A DNA stretch of 64,000 nucleotides from positions 31,682,001 through 31,746,000 of the forward strand of contig OZ231126.1 in NCBI GenBank assembly GCA_965153355.1, read 5' to 3'. Each line of letters starts with the position of its first letter. Within the stretch, counting starts at the first letter, position 1. The notes beneath the pieces are model-generated. The model had not been told where the DNA came from. It ran no database searches and saw nothing but the letters and a program-made list of their open reading frames with translations. This stretch comes from Flaccisagitta enflata (lineage: Eukaryota). Both the position numbers and the translations under genes were made by a program. Of the stretch, positions 21,246 through 38,444 are shown piece after piece.

Positions 21246-22406
21246 CAATCATTATCGGGAAAAAAGTTGAAGTCAGTCTTCGACTTTTTTACATATTCAA
21301 GAGAAACAGGGTTTTCATTTTCTTATGGGAAAGTTAGGGATCTCCACCGACCGAATGAGCCCTCCAATAAAATTGATAGGGTAAGTAAAATTAATAATTC
21401 ACTTTCATTTGGCGCCAAGCAGAATGCTCTATGACAAATATTTTTCGCGTTATGATTTTTTAAAGATTTATTTACGAAAATTGCAAATTGTATCTTTTTT
21501 ATTTTTTATGATTTTAAGTAGGATCAATAAAGGAGTGTATTTATGTTTGTTTGAGCATGCAAATACAAGAGAACATGTTTATGAGCATAGCTGCTCATCT
21601 GTGAGGATGTTTTGGAGGATTCTAGCTCATTTAGCTCATTTAGCTCAGTTTTGTTTTGTTTTTTAAATGTGATAAAAGAATTAATATTTTGATACATGTT
21701 TAAGAAAGCAGATACAAAAAAGCATATCAGTGAGCATAATTGCTCATTTGTGAGGGTGTTTTTAAGTATTTTAGCTAACTTAGCTCATTTAGCTCAGTCT
21801 GTTTTTTCTGATTTTTAATGGGATAAATAAATGTTTTGATGATAGCATGTAAACTAGGGATGTGGAAGCGGTCAATTTTAGTGCCGCTTCCACCGCTTCC
21901 GCTTCCATTTTGTAGTTCAAATACTAGTAGCTATCCCATCCTCCAAAATGGAAGCAGTCAATCGCTTCCACATCCCTAATGTAAATACAGTGGGACCTCG
22001 CAATAACAGCCCCGCCTTTAAAGGTTCCCCATCAATAAAGGTCAACATTTTAAGGTCCCAAATGATAGTATTCAATGTTATTTTACCTCTCTTTAAAAGT
22101 AACCCTGAGATAAAGGTGAAAAATCTTCAGTCCCAATGGGACCGATGAGGCGGGGTCCTACTGTACAAGAAAGCATGTTAGTGAGCATAGCTGAATGTCT
22201 AGTTGAGTGATTTTGAGCATTTTAGCTTATCTAGCTCATTTGGTTCAGTCCTATTTTTCTCTGATTTTCAGTGCAATCAATACATACAGTTGCTCTTGAT
22301 TTAATTTGATAGAAAAAAAGTTTTGCAATAATTAAAGATCAAAGCTTGGTGAAAGGTGATCAATGCTTACGACTTTTTTCCTCACGGCGACAGCCGCTAT
22401 TACTGG
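21246..22406 (-). mobile_element. About 830-bp non-autonomous DNA element, copy 2 (inverted), carrying two nested MITEs
   Basis: TA at both flanks. Nested hAT-like MITE 21855-21978 (TIR TAGGGATGTGGAAGCG, TSD ATGTAAAC/ATGTAAAT) and Tc1/mariner-type MITE 21988-22163 (TA|CAGTGGGACC...GGTCCTACTG|TA). Confidence 0.75.
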
Positions 22407-23836
22407 TAAAGATGAAGATTTTATTGTGTTTCTATTTTTTTTTTTTTTTTTTTTTTGCCTGCTTTTCTATCTCTATTTGTGGATCTTTCTGTTAAAGTTA
22501 GACTCAATGTATGTTTTTTCCTCAAAATTTACTGTTATAGACTATTTTAAAATATCCTTTTTTTTCAAAATATTTTAGAGGGGCGCTACTTAGGGGGTAA
22601 AAGAGGTTGTGTCATTTTTCAATTTTGTAAACGCCCCGGGCGCTTATTAGGGGAAATACGGTATTTGATTTCAAAAACTTTTGAGCTACCTCTTAGTGAC
22701 ACGAGGAGTGAGAGTGAGATAGGAAATCAAGGCCAACAAATTACTCATGTGTAAATTTATGGGTGGATTCATGGCATGGTTGCCCAGTTTGAAAGAAGGT
22801 GGATTGGGATTAAGTTCAGAAACGCCACAAAAGCTAATTCGGCGTAACAACCACGTATCGGACGCAGCCTGATCTCCCGATTTACTGACCGACTGACATA
22901 GTGAGTCGACTGAGTCGTATGCTCGTGACCAAAAAAGAATCAACGTATTTCTTCAAATATCAATTCCAATAGCAGCACATCGTTTTATCATATTCCTAAT
23001 ATTTATTCTCTTATTGACACTGTTACGGTTTCTTTTCTGTCTTTATACGTACAAATATGTAGCTATCTTCATATACACCAAAAATTTCGGTTGCAGCACA
23101 TCGTTTTTCTGGAAACACATGCAGCCTTCCTTTATCCTTGACCTGTCTGAAAAATTGCATTCTGCTCATCCAAGATCCTAGATATGATTTATTATCATCG
23201 CAAAATCGTAAATTACGAGGGCTACTTCTTTGAGGGATTATTTTACTAATCTAATCTACTGTCTAATGAATTGAATACCAAAAAGAAATTGTAAGCAGAG
23301 TAGTCAAAGACCATACAGGTACTCAGCTCTGATACCCTAAGATCTAAACAATTGACCCAAAGACAATTGAACTAAAGGAAAAAACATGGAATAGCAAATG
23401 AAAAAAGCCTCTGTCACTCCAAGGACCACGGTATTGCATGACGTTGTCAAGAACTGTGAAGATTCACTTTTTACTCTTTATAATTGCAAGTAGCATGTGC
23501 TTATTTGAAGATTGCTGTAAGTAGGGTGTAGGGATGGCAGCCCCATCCATATCGTCCTTTTGGTCTTCCAATAAATCCCATTTTCTCTCTCATTTCTTCA
23601 AAAGTATTTTCCTCTATTAAGCTGGTCATCAAAATAATTGAGTTTCATGTGCCAGTGATGTTTATTGGATATTGGTTGACACTGATAGTTATCAGATATA
23701 AGATGACAATGTAATAACAATCAAATTATCTTTTTTCAAGAATTAATTTGTTTGGTTTGTAAAGGTCACTCAGCAATGAATTCAATTCAGTGGCAAATAT
23801 AATTATGTTAATTTAGTTTGCTTTTGGCAGAATATA

Positions 23837-24409
23837 ACATCTGTCAGGATATTATTGTCCCAAAACCAAACGACTGTCACATCAAAACAGAGACATTTAG
23901 CCACAAACGGATTTTTTCACCAGTTAGAGCTGGAAAAAATCTCCATTTTGCTCATGAATTTTGCCTGAATTTCTTCAGACAAAATCGGACTAGATTAAAA
24001 AGAGTTAAAATACTCCCCATGCAAATTACCAGAAAAATCTAATCAACTTCAGATATGCACCAAATCTATAAAGAGATAGATTCTCAGATGCGGATTTCAC
24101 GGCTGAAAAGCTTATAATAACTTCTTTAATTTGCCCATGGATTTCCATTGATTTCTTATGAGTGAACCCTTTCAAAATTTGAACTAAAGCAGTAGAAAAA
24201 TTTCTGCCAGGGCGCTGCGTGCTAGTGGTCAAGGGGTGATTAAGTTGAAAAGAAGCAACCAAAATGGGACAAAATACACAAAACAATGTGGAATATACTA
24301 AGAAATACTCTGTGATATCCAATACCAGTGATTTATATTGTTCCTCACCAGTAGAAGCATAGCATCTTATGTTGTAGCACAATTGGGACAATAATATCCT
24401 GACAGATGT
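23837..24409. mobile_element. MITE, TA TSD
   Basis: Perfect TIR ACATCTGTCAGGATATTATTGTCCCA flanked by TA. Confidence 0.8.
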
Positions 24410-24798
24410 TACAGTAAAAGACTCCAAAAGCAGAACGATAGGAAAAAATGAGGGGGAGGGAAGTATAGAATAGGAATTGGGTAAAAAATCTCATTTGTTT
24501 TTAATATGAAAACTATTCAAATCAATTCAAATACAGTGATGGTAAACAGTTATCATTATCTTTCATGTATGGTTGGGTCTTATTAAATGTTATCATAATC
24601 TGTGCATCAAGCCTCCAAATTTCTAGCGGGCACACAACTTTGACTGTAACCTTAAACGCTTAATCTCCAGGCAAGCTGTTGCTTCTGAGACAAATCAAGG
24701 ATGCCCTTGCTAATAACAATGATTGGAATCGTCAAAGCCACAAACCAAAAAACTGCTCTTGCTTCAAACATGTGTCCAGACTTCAGAGTGATGTTGCT

Positions 24799-27982
<3,184 letters not shown>

Positions 27983-28032
27983 GGTTGCGCAGATTCAACC
28001 TTTTTTGCGGAGGAGTGATTATTTTCTTTATA

Positions 28033-28592
28033 CAGTAGATCTCGTCTAGACTTGAGATAACGGGGGCAAGTATTGTCGGAAAACAAATAAAGCCAGGGAA
28101 GTGATATTTCAAACATAGACTAATAACGGGATGCTTTATTGCCCATGATAGCTGGTTGCCATGGAAACACATTTCCATGTATTCTCGCTAAAGTATCAAT
28201 ATTTTGAGAGGTCATTTCCACAATAAATCAGCCCAGCTGAAAATCATGATGTAACAGTTATGTTTTTATCATGCTAATCCTTATTTTTCATGATAAAAGC
28301 TGTTGTCACACATGGATACGCTCCTAGCAACGGCCAAACGGGCGACATTCTTACAGAACATACTGTGGGAAAGTTGTAGCAAATTTTATTTTAAGCAATG
28401 TTCCCTAAAAAAATCTCTCAAAATATTGATACTTTAGCGAGAATACATGGAAATGTGTTTCCATGGCAACCAGCTATCATGGGGAATTAATCATCCTTTG
28501 ATTAGTCTATAATCCAAATATCGCTCCCCTGCCTTCATTTGTCTTTCCACAATGCTTGCCCCCATTATCTCAAGTCTAGACGAGATCTACTG
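28033..28592. mobile_element. Palindromic MITE, TA TSD, about 50 bp upstream of the secreted gene ATG
   Basis: TA|CAGTAGATCTCGTCTAGACTTGAGATAA versus TTATCTCAAGTCTAGACGAGATCTACTG|TA; the arms are complementary for about 200 bp. Confidence 0.85.
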
Positions 28593-29379
28593 TATTTGGA
28601 ATTGGTTTTGAAATAAGGAACTTTTTAGAGAACCGGAGAGAAGACGAAAAGTGATTGAACTCAAACTTCAAGTGAAGATTACCCAATATTAGCGAACTAC
28701 GCATCGAATTGTGATGGAGTTCGTTCACATGGAAGACTTTGGTTTTTAAATGCAACTCTGTACGCCTTTTTTTTGTTTGTCAGTTTGACCATCCATCAAT
28801 CGATCTATCTTTGGAAGGCTCTAGCTATTAAACCGTTTGAGATACAAACCTAGGATTGGTCTAAATAGAAAGATTTTTTGAAAATCTTCAAAAATAATTC
28901 TTTAAAAAAAAATTGTATTTATTTTTTGTATCTGTTTCATCAATGAAAACAAAGGTACATTTTTTTTTTTATACACGTGGTAGAGCAGGAGTATTTAGTT
29001 GAGTGTCAACTAGTTTAACAGTTTCCTTTCAGTAGCTTGAAAGAGTAGAAATAGAATACATAAGTATTGCAAATTGTTTGAAAAGAGTAAAAAATAAACT
29101 TGAAATAGTCATAAAGCAAAGAGTCCAAAGAAAAGAGCCCAATGTGAATGAGGCCTGGAGGGTCGTAGTTGAGATGCTTTGGAAAGATGCAAAGAAACGG
29201 TACTTACTGCGCAGCTCTGCACAAAGGGTCAAATTTGACGAAACCTTTTCTATAAAAGAAAATAATAATTCTGATTAACATTTTTGAATATAAAGTTTAC
29301 TATCTTTTTTTCAAAAACAACAAACAGTTATTCTTAAAAAGTATAGGCGATCAAGATTTGATCAAATTGTCCATCACAT

Positions 29380-29760
29380 CATCATCTACACTACGGCGTG
29401 ATCATTAAATGCTGACCAATTTTGTCATCAGCAATACTACAGTGCCACCTTTTAATACTGGTAGCTATGGATTGGTAACCTCAGTTTGGTAATCTTTCTT
29501 TGGCCAATTTTCAATTTTGTTATCATCTATACCATAGTGCAATGATTGCAATCTATGAGTGCTGATTAAGACGGTTTGTTCATTCCAATTTAGTTATCTC
29601 TGCTAATTTGTCAACATCAATACCTGTTGGTAATCACAGTTTGATAATCTATCATCGGCCAATTTTCTCATCATCTAAACCAAAGTGCAATCTTTGTGTG
29701 TAAATTAAGATGGTTTGGTAACCTCAGTTTGGTACTCTCTCATTGGCCAATTTTGTTTTC
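29380..29760. repeat. Degenerate tandem repeat (about 3 units)
   Basis: Recurring TTGGTAACCTCAGTTTGGTA...TTGGCCAATTTT...TCATCTA...AGTGCAAT blocks. Confidence 0.55.
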
Positions 29761-30241
29761 CCAATTTCTTTTTATTTGATCCAATTATGCCCCAATTCTA
29801 AATCGAAAATCGAGTTTAGATGAGAACATTTTCAGTATCAATCACGTGATCCTTAAAGAACGAATTTGGTCAGTCTCAATTATCAAAGGAGGGGATATTA
29901 TCATCAATGCCTCTAAGGCCTAAGCCCATATCCTAACGCTAAGAGCATTTTGTGAATGGTGAATTTGGTGACCTAACAGATAACATAACAATAATTAGGG
30001 AAGTCAACGTGCGTTGGTTCCTCGAAAGTGCGAGAGAAAAGGCAATGTCGGAATTTTTTCCCTGCATTTGAATAGATCCCGCGCGATAAATATGGAAGAA
30101 CATTGTCCAAATGCAATGAATTTCATTCATTTTTGGCTGGATGATTTTTTTTCTTCGAAAAAATTGTGTAAAAACTCAGAGAAATAAAGAAGCTTAGAAG
30201 AAAGGGTGGTTATGGCTCAAATTGGGCAATGTGAGGTAACG

Positions 30242-31253
30242 CACAGCGCAATCTATAATACAAAAAGTGGACATTAGTCCCCCGTGGGAAAAACCCTGAT
30301 GTCCCCGAGAAAAAGTAGTTTGAGCTTGGAAAAGCCCGGTTACATCCCCCTTTAAAAGTTTGTGAAAAAAGCTCTGGGGACTGAATGGGGGATATCCCTG
30401 GGGGACTTCCCCGGATTCAGACTTTGATATTTTTCAGCAAGCCTCTTTTCAAACAAAAGTTAACAGGGGATGTCTCTGATAAAAAGTAGTTAAAATCTGG
30501 AAAAGCCCGGTTGTATCCCTCTTTAAAAATTTGTGAAAAAAAACTCTGGGGACTAAACAGGGGATATCCCCAGAAGATTTCCTGAAATTCAGACTTTGAC
30601 ATTATTCAGCAAGCCTCTTTCATTTTTCAAATGAAAGTTAACAAGGGGATGTAACGGGGCTTTTCCCCGGGGAAAAGCCCCAATATCCCTGATAAAAAAT
30701 AGTTAGTTAGTTACATCCCCCTTTAAAAGTTTATAAGAAAAAAATCCAGGGAATGAACAGTACGTCCCATGAACCGCCCCAAACTTTGACGCTGACTCTC
30801 ACCAATCTTACCATGGTTGAGGCTTGGTAAAAAAACATCCCATGCAAAATTTCAGGCCTCTGGTACAGCAGGAACCTTTGTCAGGGTGACCATGAAGTTT
30901 CCATAGAAACCTATGGCAGAGACAAAATTTGCATAATAGAAATATTGATTCCAATGCTAATTCAATATAAACTTCAACCTAACCCTGACAAAGGTTCCTG
31001 CTATCTCAGAGGCCCAAAATTTTGCATGGAATGTTTTTTTAACAAGCCTCAACTGTGGTAAGATTGGTGAGAGCCATAGTCAAAGTTTGGGGCGCTTCAC
31101 GGGACGTAATGAACAGGGGATGTCCCCAGGGGACTTCCCCGGATTCAGACTGACATTTTTCAGAAAGCCCCTTTCACTTTTCAAATAAAAGTTAACAGGG
31201 GGTGTAATGGGGCTTTTCCCCGGGGGACTAATATCACTGCAGATTGCGCTGTG
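30242..31253. mobile_element. Transib-like non-autonomous transposon
   Basis: 5-bp TSD TAACG (30237-30241, 31254-31258); perfect 13-bp TIR CACAGCGCAATCT. CAC termini plus a 5-bp TSD are Transib/RAG-transposon hallmarks. Confidence 0.75.
30761..31108. mobile_element. Palindromic MITE with 8-bp TSD (hAT-like) nested in the Transib-like element
   Basis: TSD ATGAACAG (30753-30760, 31109-31116); ends TACGTCCC...GGGACGTA with long inverted arms. Confidence 0.8.
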
Positions 31254-34000
31254 TAACGTGAGCTGCATGTGATATCCCCAGAGTATGACTAATTCAAATC
31301 TGTTTTCGTTTTTACTTCATGACAACGCGCGTTGACGCGATAAAAAAAAGAAACAGCGTATGATTTCACAAAAGTTGCAACCTAAGAAAAATGTTACACT
31401 TTTTGATAGTTCCGTTTCTTGGACGACTTTTAGCGCGCATCTTATACCTCTCTAAGTGCGTCCTCGCACTTCTTTAAGAGGTCAATTCTGTCAGTTGGTC
31501 GGTCGGTTGGTTAGTCGGTTGGTCGGTTGGTCGGTCATGCAAACATTTGAAATGCGCAAAACGGCTGATTCTGACATATTTCTTCATTCCTATCACCTTT
31601 CATGCCTTTACACATTCATATTCATTCATTCATTCTTCATACATTCATTCATTCATTCTTCATGCATTCATTCATTCATTCACTCATATATCAAAAACGT
31701 TCATTCACAAATTACTAGTCAAGCCAGGCGCACTTATTGGCCTTGTTTTAAGCCGCATGCTACGCGACTCTACACCCTGCAATGTTGGTCCATTGGTTGG
31801 TTGGTTGGTTGGTCCCCCTTTGGGCAGCGGCCCCCGAAGGGGTCAATGACCTATGCTTTCACACAAATGGGGAATTTTCTCCTTCTTCTCCTCCTTCTCC
31901 TCCTCCTTCTTCTCCGTCCCCCCCCTCCACTTAGATTCCAGTCTCTCGGCCCAATTTCCAGTCTCGAGGCCTTAATCCCAGTCTTGTGTCCCAAATCTTA
32001 ACCTTGAGACCCAAATCCTAGCCTAAAGGCCAAAATCCTATGCTAAAGGCCAAAATCCTAACCTGGAGGCCCAAATATAGATCCCAGCCTTGAGGCCCAG
32101 ATCCCAGCCTGGAGGCCCAAATCTCAGCCTCAAGGTCCAAATCCCTGCCAAGAGGCCCAATCCAAGAAGGAGAAGGAGGAGAAAATTCCCCATATGTGTG
32201 AAAGCATAGGTCATTGACCCTTTTGGGGCCACTGCCCTGCTCCCCCCTCAATTTCAAGCACAACCTTCTCAAGCAGGGCACGGGTTGTGCTGACCATCTG
32301 ATGCTTTTGCGACCATTTACTTTTTGGGCATTTTTAAGCTTTTTGTGCATACAGCTCCTGCCCAGATGCCCTAGTAACCTTCTCCAGCACTGCTCCTGTC
32401 TACCCGCACACAACTAGGGTAGCCATATATTTGGCCTTGTTTACCTTATCATGGCTGAAGTAGTCACGTGCAAGAATTTGTCAAATTTGGGATCTGTGCC
32501 TCTTGGCTGGGTTGGGACCTCAAAGCGGGGATCTGGCCCTCCAGGCTAGGATTTGGGCCTTAAGGCTAGGATTTGGGCCTCGAGGTAAGGATTTGGTCCT
32601 GGAGACTGGAATTTGGGCCTCAAGACTGGAATTTGAGGAGGGGGGTACGAAGAAGGAGGAAAAAATTCCCCTTATGTGTGAAAGCATAGGTCATCGACAA
32701 CTCAGGGGCCGCTGCCCAAAAAGGAGAGCAAAAGGGAGCCAGCAAGCGAGAGCAAGCGAGAGCAAGCGAGAGCAAGTGAGAGCGACCGCAAGCAAGAACA
32801 AGTGCAAGCGAGAATGAGCACAAGGGAGAATGAGCGCAAGCAAGAACAAGCACAAGAGCAAGTGCAAGCAAGAGCAAGTGCAAGCAAGAGCAAGTGCAAG
32901 CAAGCAAGCAAGAGCAATTGCATGCAAGCAAGCAAGAGCAATTAAGAGCGAGCACAAGTGAGAGCGAGAGAGCAAGCAAGAGCAAGAGAGCAAGAGCACA
33001 TGCTGGAGGGAGTATAGGGACAATATCTATATGATATATTTATATATAATTTCATACCTTTTCAATATTTTTCTAGGGTATAGTGAGGGATATTGTTCCA
33101 CCTACCATATATAAATATAGGAATATATATGTGATAGTTTTAGTAGTTATGAAAAGTGAAACAATATCCCTCACCATACCCAAACTGAAATAAATGGAAG
33201 AGGGCCTTGTGAACCCTCCCTGACTAGTTAATACGCGCACCGCTCCTAGTTTTCCATAAAACAGAATCTAAAAAATATTCCTTTTCAATCCTACCCAAAA
33301 GCAAACTGCTTGCCAAAAGTATGTTGTACAATTTTCAAAAGTATGTTGTACAATTTTCATAGATACATGAGGCTCAATATATGAACCACAACGACCATGA
33401 GCACAACAACAACAACAACAATGACAACAACAACAACAACAACAGCGACAACAACAGCAACAGCAACAACAACAACAACGAGAGCAAGAGCGAGTGGACG
33501 AGAGCAAGCAAGAGTTTTTTGTTATTGGGCCTCTTCCCAGAATTTGTTTGTCATTGCTGTATATTGTTAAATGCTTTTTTTTTATGAAAATTGGCAATTT
33601 CCCCTTTTCCCTTATTAAAAATAGTGTTTCTTGTCTTCTTTGACAAATCTCGTTCATTGATATGCTCAAAAAAAGTGAGAAGGTGATCAAGAAAAAGTTC
33701 GCAGAAACATCCGAGAGGGCGATTTTATAATTTTTTGGCCACAGCGACATAGAATAAGAAAAAATGTATGTCACGAGGTGTCAAATGAAAGCCCTTGCAA
33801 CACTGAATCGACTCATACCGGTTATTAGGGGTTTGGGGTAAACTTTTTTTTTTCGTTTACATTGCTAAATAATCAGGCGTGCTTTTTCTGGAGTAGCAAG
33901 TAGCGCCGCTACTCGGAAGCATATGAGCGCCTCTCGGAAGATCTTGGAAGAAAAAGAAGAAGAAGAAGAAGAAGAAGAAGAAGAAGAAGAAGAAGAAGAA

Positions 34001-34031
<31 letters not shown>

Positions 34032-34094
34032 AAGAAGAAGAAGAAGAAGAAGAAGAAGAAGAAGAAGAAGAAGAAGAAGAAGAAGAAGAAGAAG

Positions 34095-34222
<128 letters not shown>

Positions 34223-34479
34223 GGAGGAAGAAGAAGAAGAAGAAGAAGAAGAAGAAGAAGAAGAAGAAGAAGAAGAAGAAGAAGAAGAAAAAGGGGAAGG
34301 AGAAGAAAGTTGAAATGAAATGATTTAATCAATTTTTTTTCAAAATGCATCAAAAACATTTGTTTTTAAGCATACTTACCTTAAGACTTAAGCATGCAAA
34401 TATTTCAAATAACAAAAAGTATGTGAGCATACCTGCTAGAGGTGGCTTTTTGCACTTTTTTAAAGTGAGTAACTGCTGT

Positions 34480-36973
34480 GTACAATAATCTTCATGACTC
34501 GCCTGTTCAGACTAAGGATCCACAGTTATACACATTGACTTTTAGGTTCAGAACCTCCGAAGTGCTACACACATCCTATTCTTGGAATGTAGCTACCTCG
34601 CCAATCAGGTTGCTATTGAGAGGAAATAAAACATTTTCGCATAATAATGTTCACTTGGCAAAGTGGACAGAAAGAGAGAGAAAAGCGATTAAATAGGGAA
34701 ATAAACAGGAGGAAATGAGAAATGAGGGAAAAGAGATACAAAGAGAAAGAACAAAGATACAATCCCAGACTATCTGAGATAGGAGAGAGAGATAATCTCT
34801 CTGGACCCCCCCCCCTTCTAGACAACGACCATCCAGCAGAATCATGTGTCTCTAAGTAGTTGAAGTACGGGGTCACAGGCGTTGGATTTTGTGGCTGGTT
34901 GAGGGTAATTCAGCCCTTCACCAGCAGCAGTCTTCTGACAGCAAATCTCGAGATTTTCTCGAATGAGGCAGTTTTGTTGGAGAGCTTTTTTGCTTTTGTC
35001 GTTGAATGTTGCGAGAATTTTGGGTTCATCCCAATTGATAGTCCCAGTAGTGCAGTGACGGACGTGTTTTGAGATACCGGAGATATTTTCATCGGGTTTG
35101 TTTGAAGTCACATCATTGCGATGTTGTGCCATTCTACAGGGAATACCCCGCCAAAAGATACAAAAGAAAACGACATAATTCTGCATTGGAAAAAGATATT
35201 TCAAATCTGAAAAAAGTGTTAGAGAGCCCAGTAAAAACGATTTTATCCTGTTCTGATACATTCCAACCTCCTAACGGTTTTGGCCCTCCACAGAATGTGT
35301 TTTAAAAACATTCAATTTGAAAAAAATCATTTTATAAAATTTCTCTATTCACAGCAGCTGAACCTTTCATCTTTAATTCAATATCATTTCCAAACAAATT
35401 GAGCTAAATACATGAGATTGGGCTCATATTAAAGATAATTAAAAAAAAATTATGAAATTGTTGGAACAGATACGGTGGGGACATTTCAGATCAAGAAAAC
35501 TGTTTTTTTTTTTTCACCACTTCCAATATGTTGCTCAAAGAAGATGGATCCTCTGAGTTGTTTTCAATAGTCGAAATGTTTAATTTTTTAAACAAAGTGA
35601 GCATATCTAAAATTTAAATTGAATTTGAATCAAGTTTGGTAAAATCCTAAAATTTTTGCTCAATATCTTAATGGGAACCACTAATTTTATGTTCAAAATC
35701 ATTAAAAATCCTCGATTTTCCTTTAAAACATTAAAACAAGGCCGGATACACGGCTACCCCAGTCGCGTGCGGGTGGGCAGGGGCCATAATTGAGGTCACT
35801 CCATCATTTGGGCAGGAGCAGTGAGGCCAAAAACCGCAAAAACCCAAAAAAAGTAAAGTGTGACGGACGGACGGACGGACCGACGGACGGACCGACGGAC
35901 CGACAAAGCGGGGTGTAGAGTCGCGTAGCACGCGACTAAAAAGCTGTAGTTTTTCAAAACGATGTGAGCTCTAAGTCGAGGTGCAAACAAAGACTAAATT
36001 AGAGGAGTCAAAACATTCTTTCCAATATTTTAAATTCTACTAATTTAGACTTTTTTCATGAAAGAATATAATTTTTATGTTATATTGTTTTCAGTTTTGC
36101 ATAGAAAATCATTTGTAGATAAAAAAAAGAGTGCTGAGCAAGTGAAAAGGGGAGAAAAAAGAAGGAAATCTAAAGAAAATTTAATTTTGCAACTTGACTT
36201 GTCTTAGGGAAAATTCTAAGACTCTCTCTAAATGCAAAATTTTGCATTTTCGAAAACATGGCCTCATTCTAAAAACATATAAGATAAGGGCCATGTTCTT
36301 AGAAATGGAAAATTGTTTAATTTCTTCAAGTCTTAGAATTTTCCCTTCGCAGGTTTTGAATTTTTGCACTACTATTTCTAAAGAATCTATCATTTCCAAT
36401 AATTCTTTCTTGTCTTTGTCAATAAAACAAAGCAATGCCTTTATCATACTAGAATATTATCAAATTACAAAATTACAAATTTCATTTAAGAAATCACAAA
36501 ATAGTAATGAATATACTTATGAGAAGAGACTGAAACCGAAATTTTATCTTCATTTGCACCTCGACCTAAGTAGTTCCTCCTCATAGACTCTGAACTGAAC
36601 AGTAAAAAATCGTTTTTTAAGCTCTCCGTTTTTTAAGCTCTCCGGATCTTTTTACAAAATCGATCTACTATCTCAAGAAGCAAAGTTATGTCGTTTTCTT
36701 TTGTATCATTTGGCGCGGTATTCCCTGTAGTACCGAAACTGACTCGAGTTTGACCGATATACTTCGCGTTGGGATTGCAGTCGCAGTTTTGTTCATAGAC
36801 GCCACATAGTTCGAGAGAAGGAGTCGGAGTTTTGATACATTTGCATAAAATGTTACCAAGTTTAGGTCCTGGTTTGGTGTGATAGTCCACATCATTGGAA
36901 AGGGAAGCACGTTTGAGTTTTTTGTCAATGGCCGCGACGCATGCAACAGAAACAAAAGCGAGTCTTTTTTCCG

Positions 36974-37071
<98 letters not shown>

Positions 37072-37260
37072 CCCCTGCCCACATGATGGCAAGATTATCT
37101 CTCTCTCCTATTTCAGATTGTCTGGGATTGTGTCTTTGTTCTTTCTCTTTGTATCTCTTTTACCTTATTTTTCATTTCCTCCTGTTTCTTTCCATATTTA
37201 ATCTTTTCTCTCTCTTTCTGTCCACTTTGCCAAGTGAACATGATTATGCTAAAATAATCG
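34480..37260 (-). mobile_element. 5'-truncated Penelope-like retroelement: C-terminal GIY-YIG endonuclease remnant plus inverted pseudo-LTR
   Basis: Removing the 35137-36727 insertion joins GVYEQNCDCNPNAKYIGQTRVSFGT to RMAQHRNDV...SGISKHVRHC...INWDEPKIL...LIRENLEI. The 3' region 34640-34800 recurs inverted at 37092-37245. Outer limits are approximate. Confidence 0.8.
35137..36727. mobile_element. TA-TSD DNA element inserted in the Penelope GIY-YIG coding region
   Basis: TA|CAGGGAATACCCCGCCAAAAGATACAAAAGAAAACGACATAA versus TTATGTCGTTTTCTTTTGTATCATTTGGCGCGGTATTCCCTG|TA; contains a HINE-like copy at 35734-35941. Confidence 0.85.
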
Positions 37261-37308
37261 AAAATTTTTGGCTCTTCTTGTCATGTTACATGTATGGTTT
37301 TCCTCTAA

Positions 37309-38444
37309 CCGGGTCATCAGCCTGAGATGCTGGATAATGTTAAGCTTATACTCTGAGATGCCACATATCACTTGCGTGCTTCGCATAGCAAAAGTTGGGA
37401 GTTTCCCTTCACCCTACTTAGGTAATGTGGAGGAGCAAAGATCATGAAGATGACCATTTTCCTTTTTTTAAAATTCTTTCAGCTTCCGTTTTTGTTTTGG
37501 CCTTAAAGTTTCCACAGATTTCCCAGAATTCAGCAAAATCCTGTGCAGTTTTTTTACAAAAAGGACAATTATTTGTTTTAGAAAATTATTATGCTTGTAA
37601 AAATAAACTATAATATTAGAACATAAGCTATGAAAAAGCTTATGAAAAGGCAGAATTGCAATTCTTTGAAAAATAGAAATTTGTAAGGCTAATTCAAACA
37701 ATATCAGCATATTGTTTTATCCTCTGCATTATGCAAATTAGGCCCTCAAAAATAATTTTCTAAAAAACGGAAGATGAACAATTTTTGATAAAAGAAAAAT
37801 GGTAAGGGTCCTAAAATTGGCCACTCCACATTAGGTAAAGAGGGCAAAAAGAAATAAACAACATTTGCTATGTGAAGCACCCAAACATATCACGGATTTC
37901 ACACTGATTGTCTCTTAAAGAGTATAGATTGCCGTTTTTTGTATCAAAATTTCATCAAAATCGGTGAAGTAGTTTAGATTTTACATGTATTGAAGTAAAA
38001 AACTTCCTTTCTGCCATTTCTGTTTTTTTTTTTATGGGAAAATGGAGGAACAGTATTTTTCCCCATTCTCTCAGTTTGCGATGTTGTGAGCCAGAGACAC
38101 AAGATTAGTTCTAAATAAAAGATGATTTGACAAGTTCATGGAACTACATAAATTTTTTTTATCATACTAGACCATTGACATGTTCCCAGCTCAAACTGTT
38201 CAAAAAAGAGAGAAATTTGAAAATGCTCTCACCATTTTTATTGAAAATTCTGCCATTGAAAGAAAATTAGTTTTTACTTCAGAGACTTGTAAAATCTAAA
38301 CTACTTGACCGATTTCAATAAAATTTTGATACAAATAACATCAATCTATGCTCTTTAAGAGACAATCAATATATGAAATCCAAGATATGTGGCAACTCTG
38401 CATAAAAGCTTAACAGAATCCGGCATCTGAGGCTGATGACCCGG
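37309..38444. mobile_element. MITE with a nested inverted-repeat element (about 37365-37885)
   Basis: CCGGGTCATCAGCCTGAGATGC versus GCATCTGAGGCTGATGACCCGG. Confidence 0.7.

Noticed and set aside
24530-24575. SECIS candidate downstream of the WAP-like exon (minus strand)
   Set aside because: ATGA-N11-AA...GA spacing is present but the stem is weak, AT-rich and mismatched.
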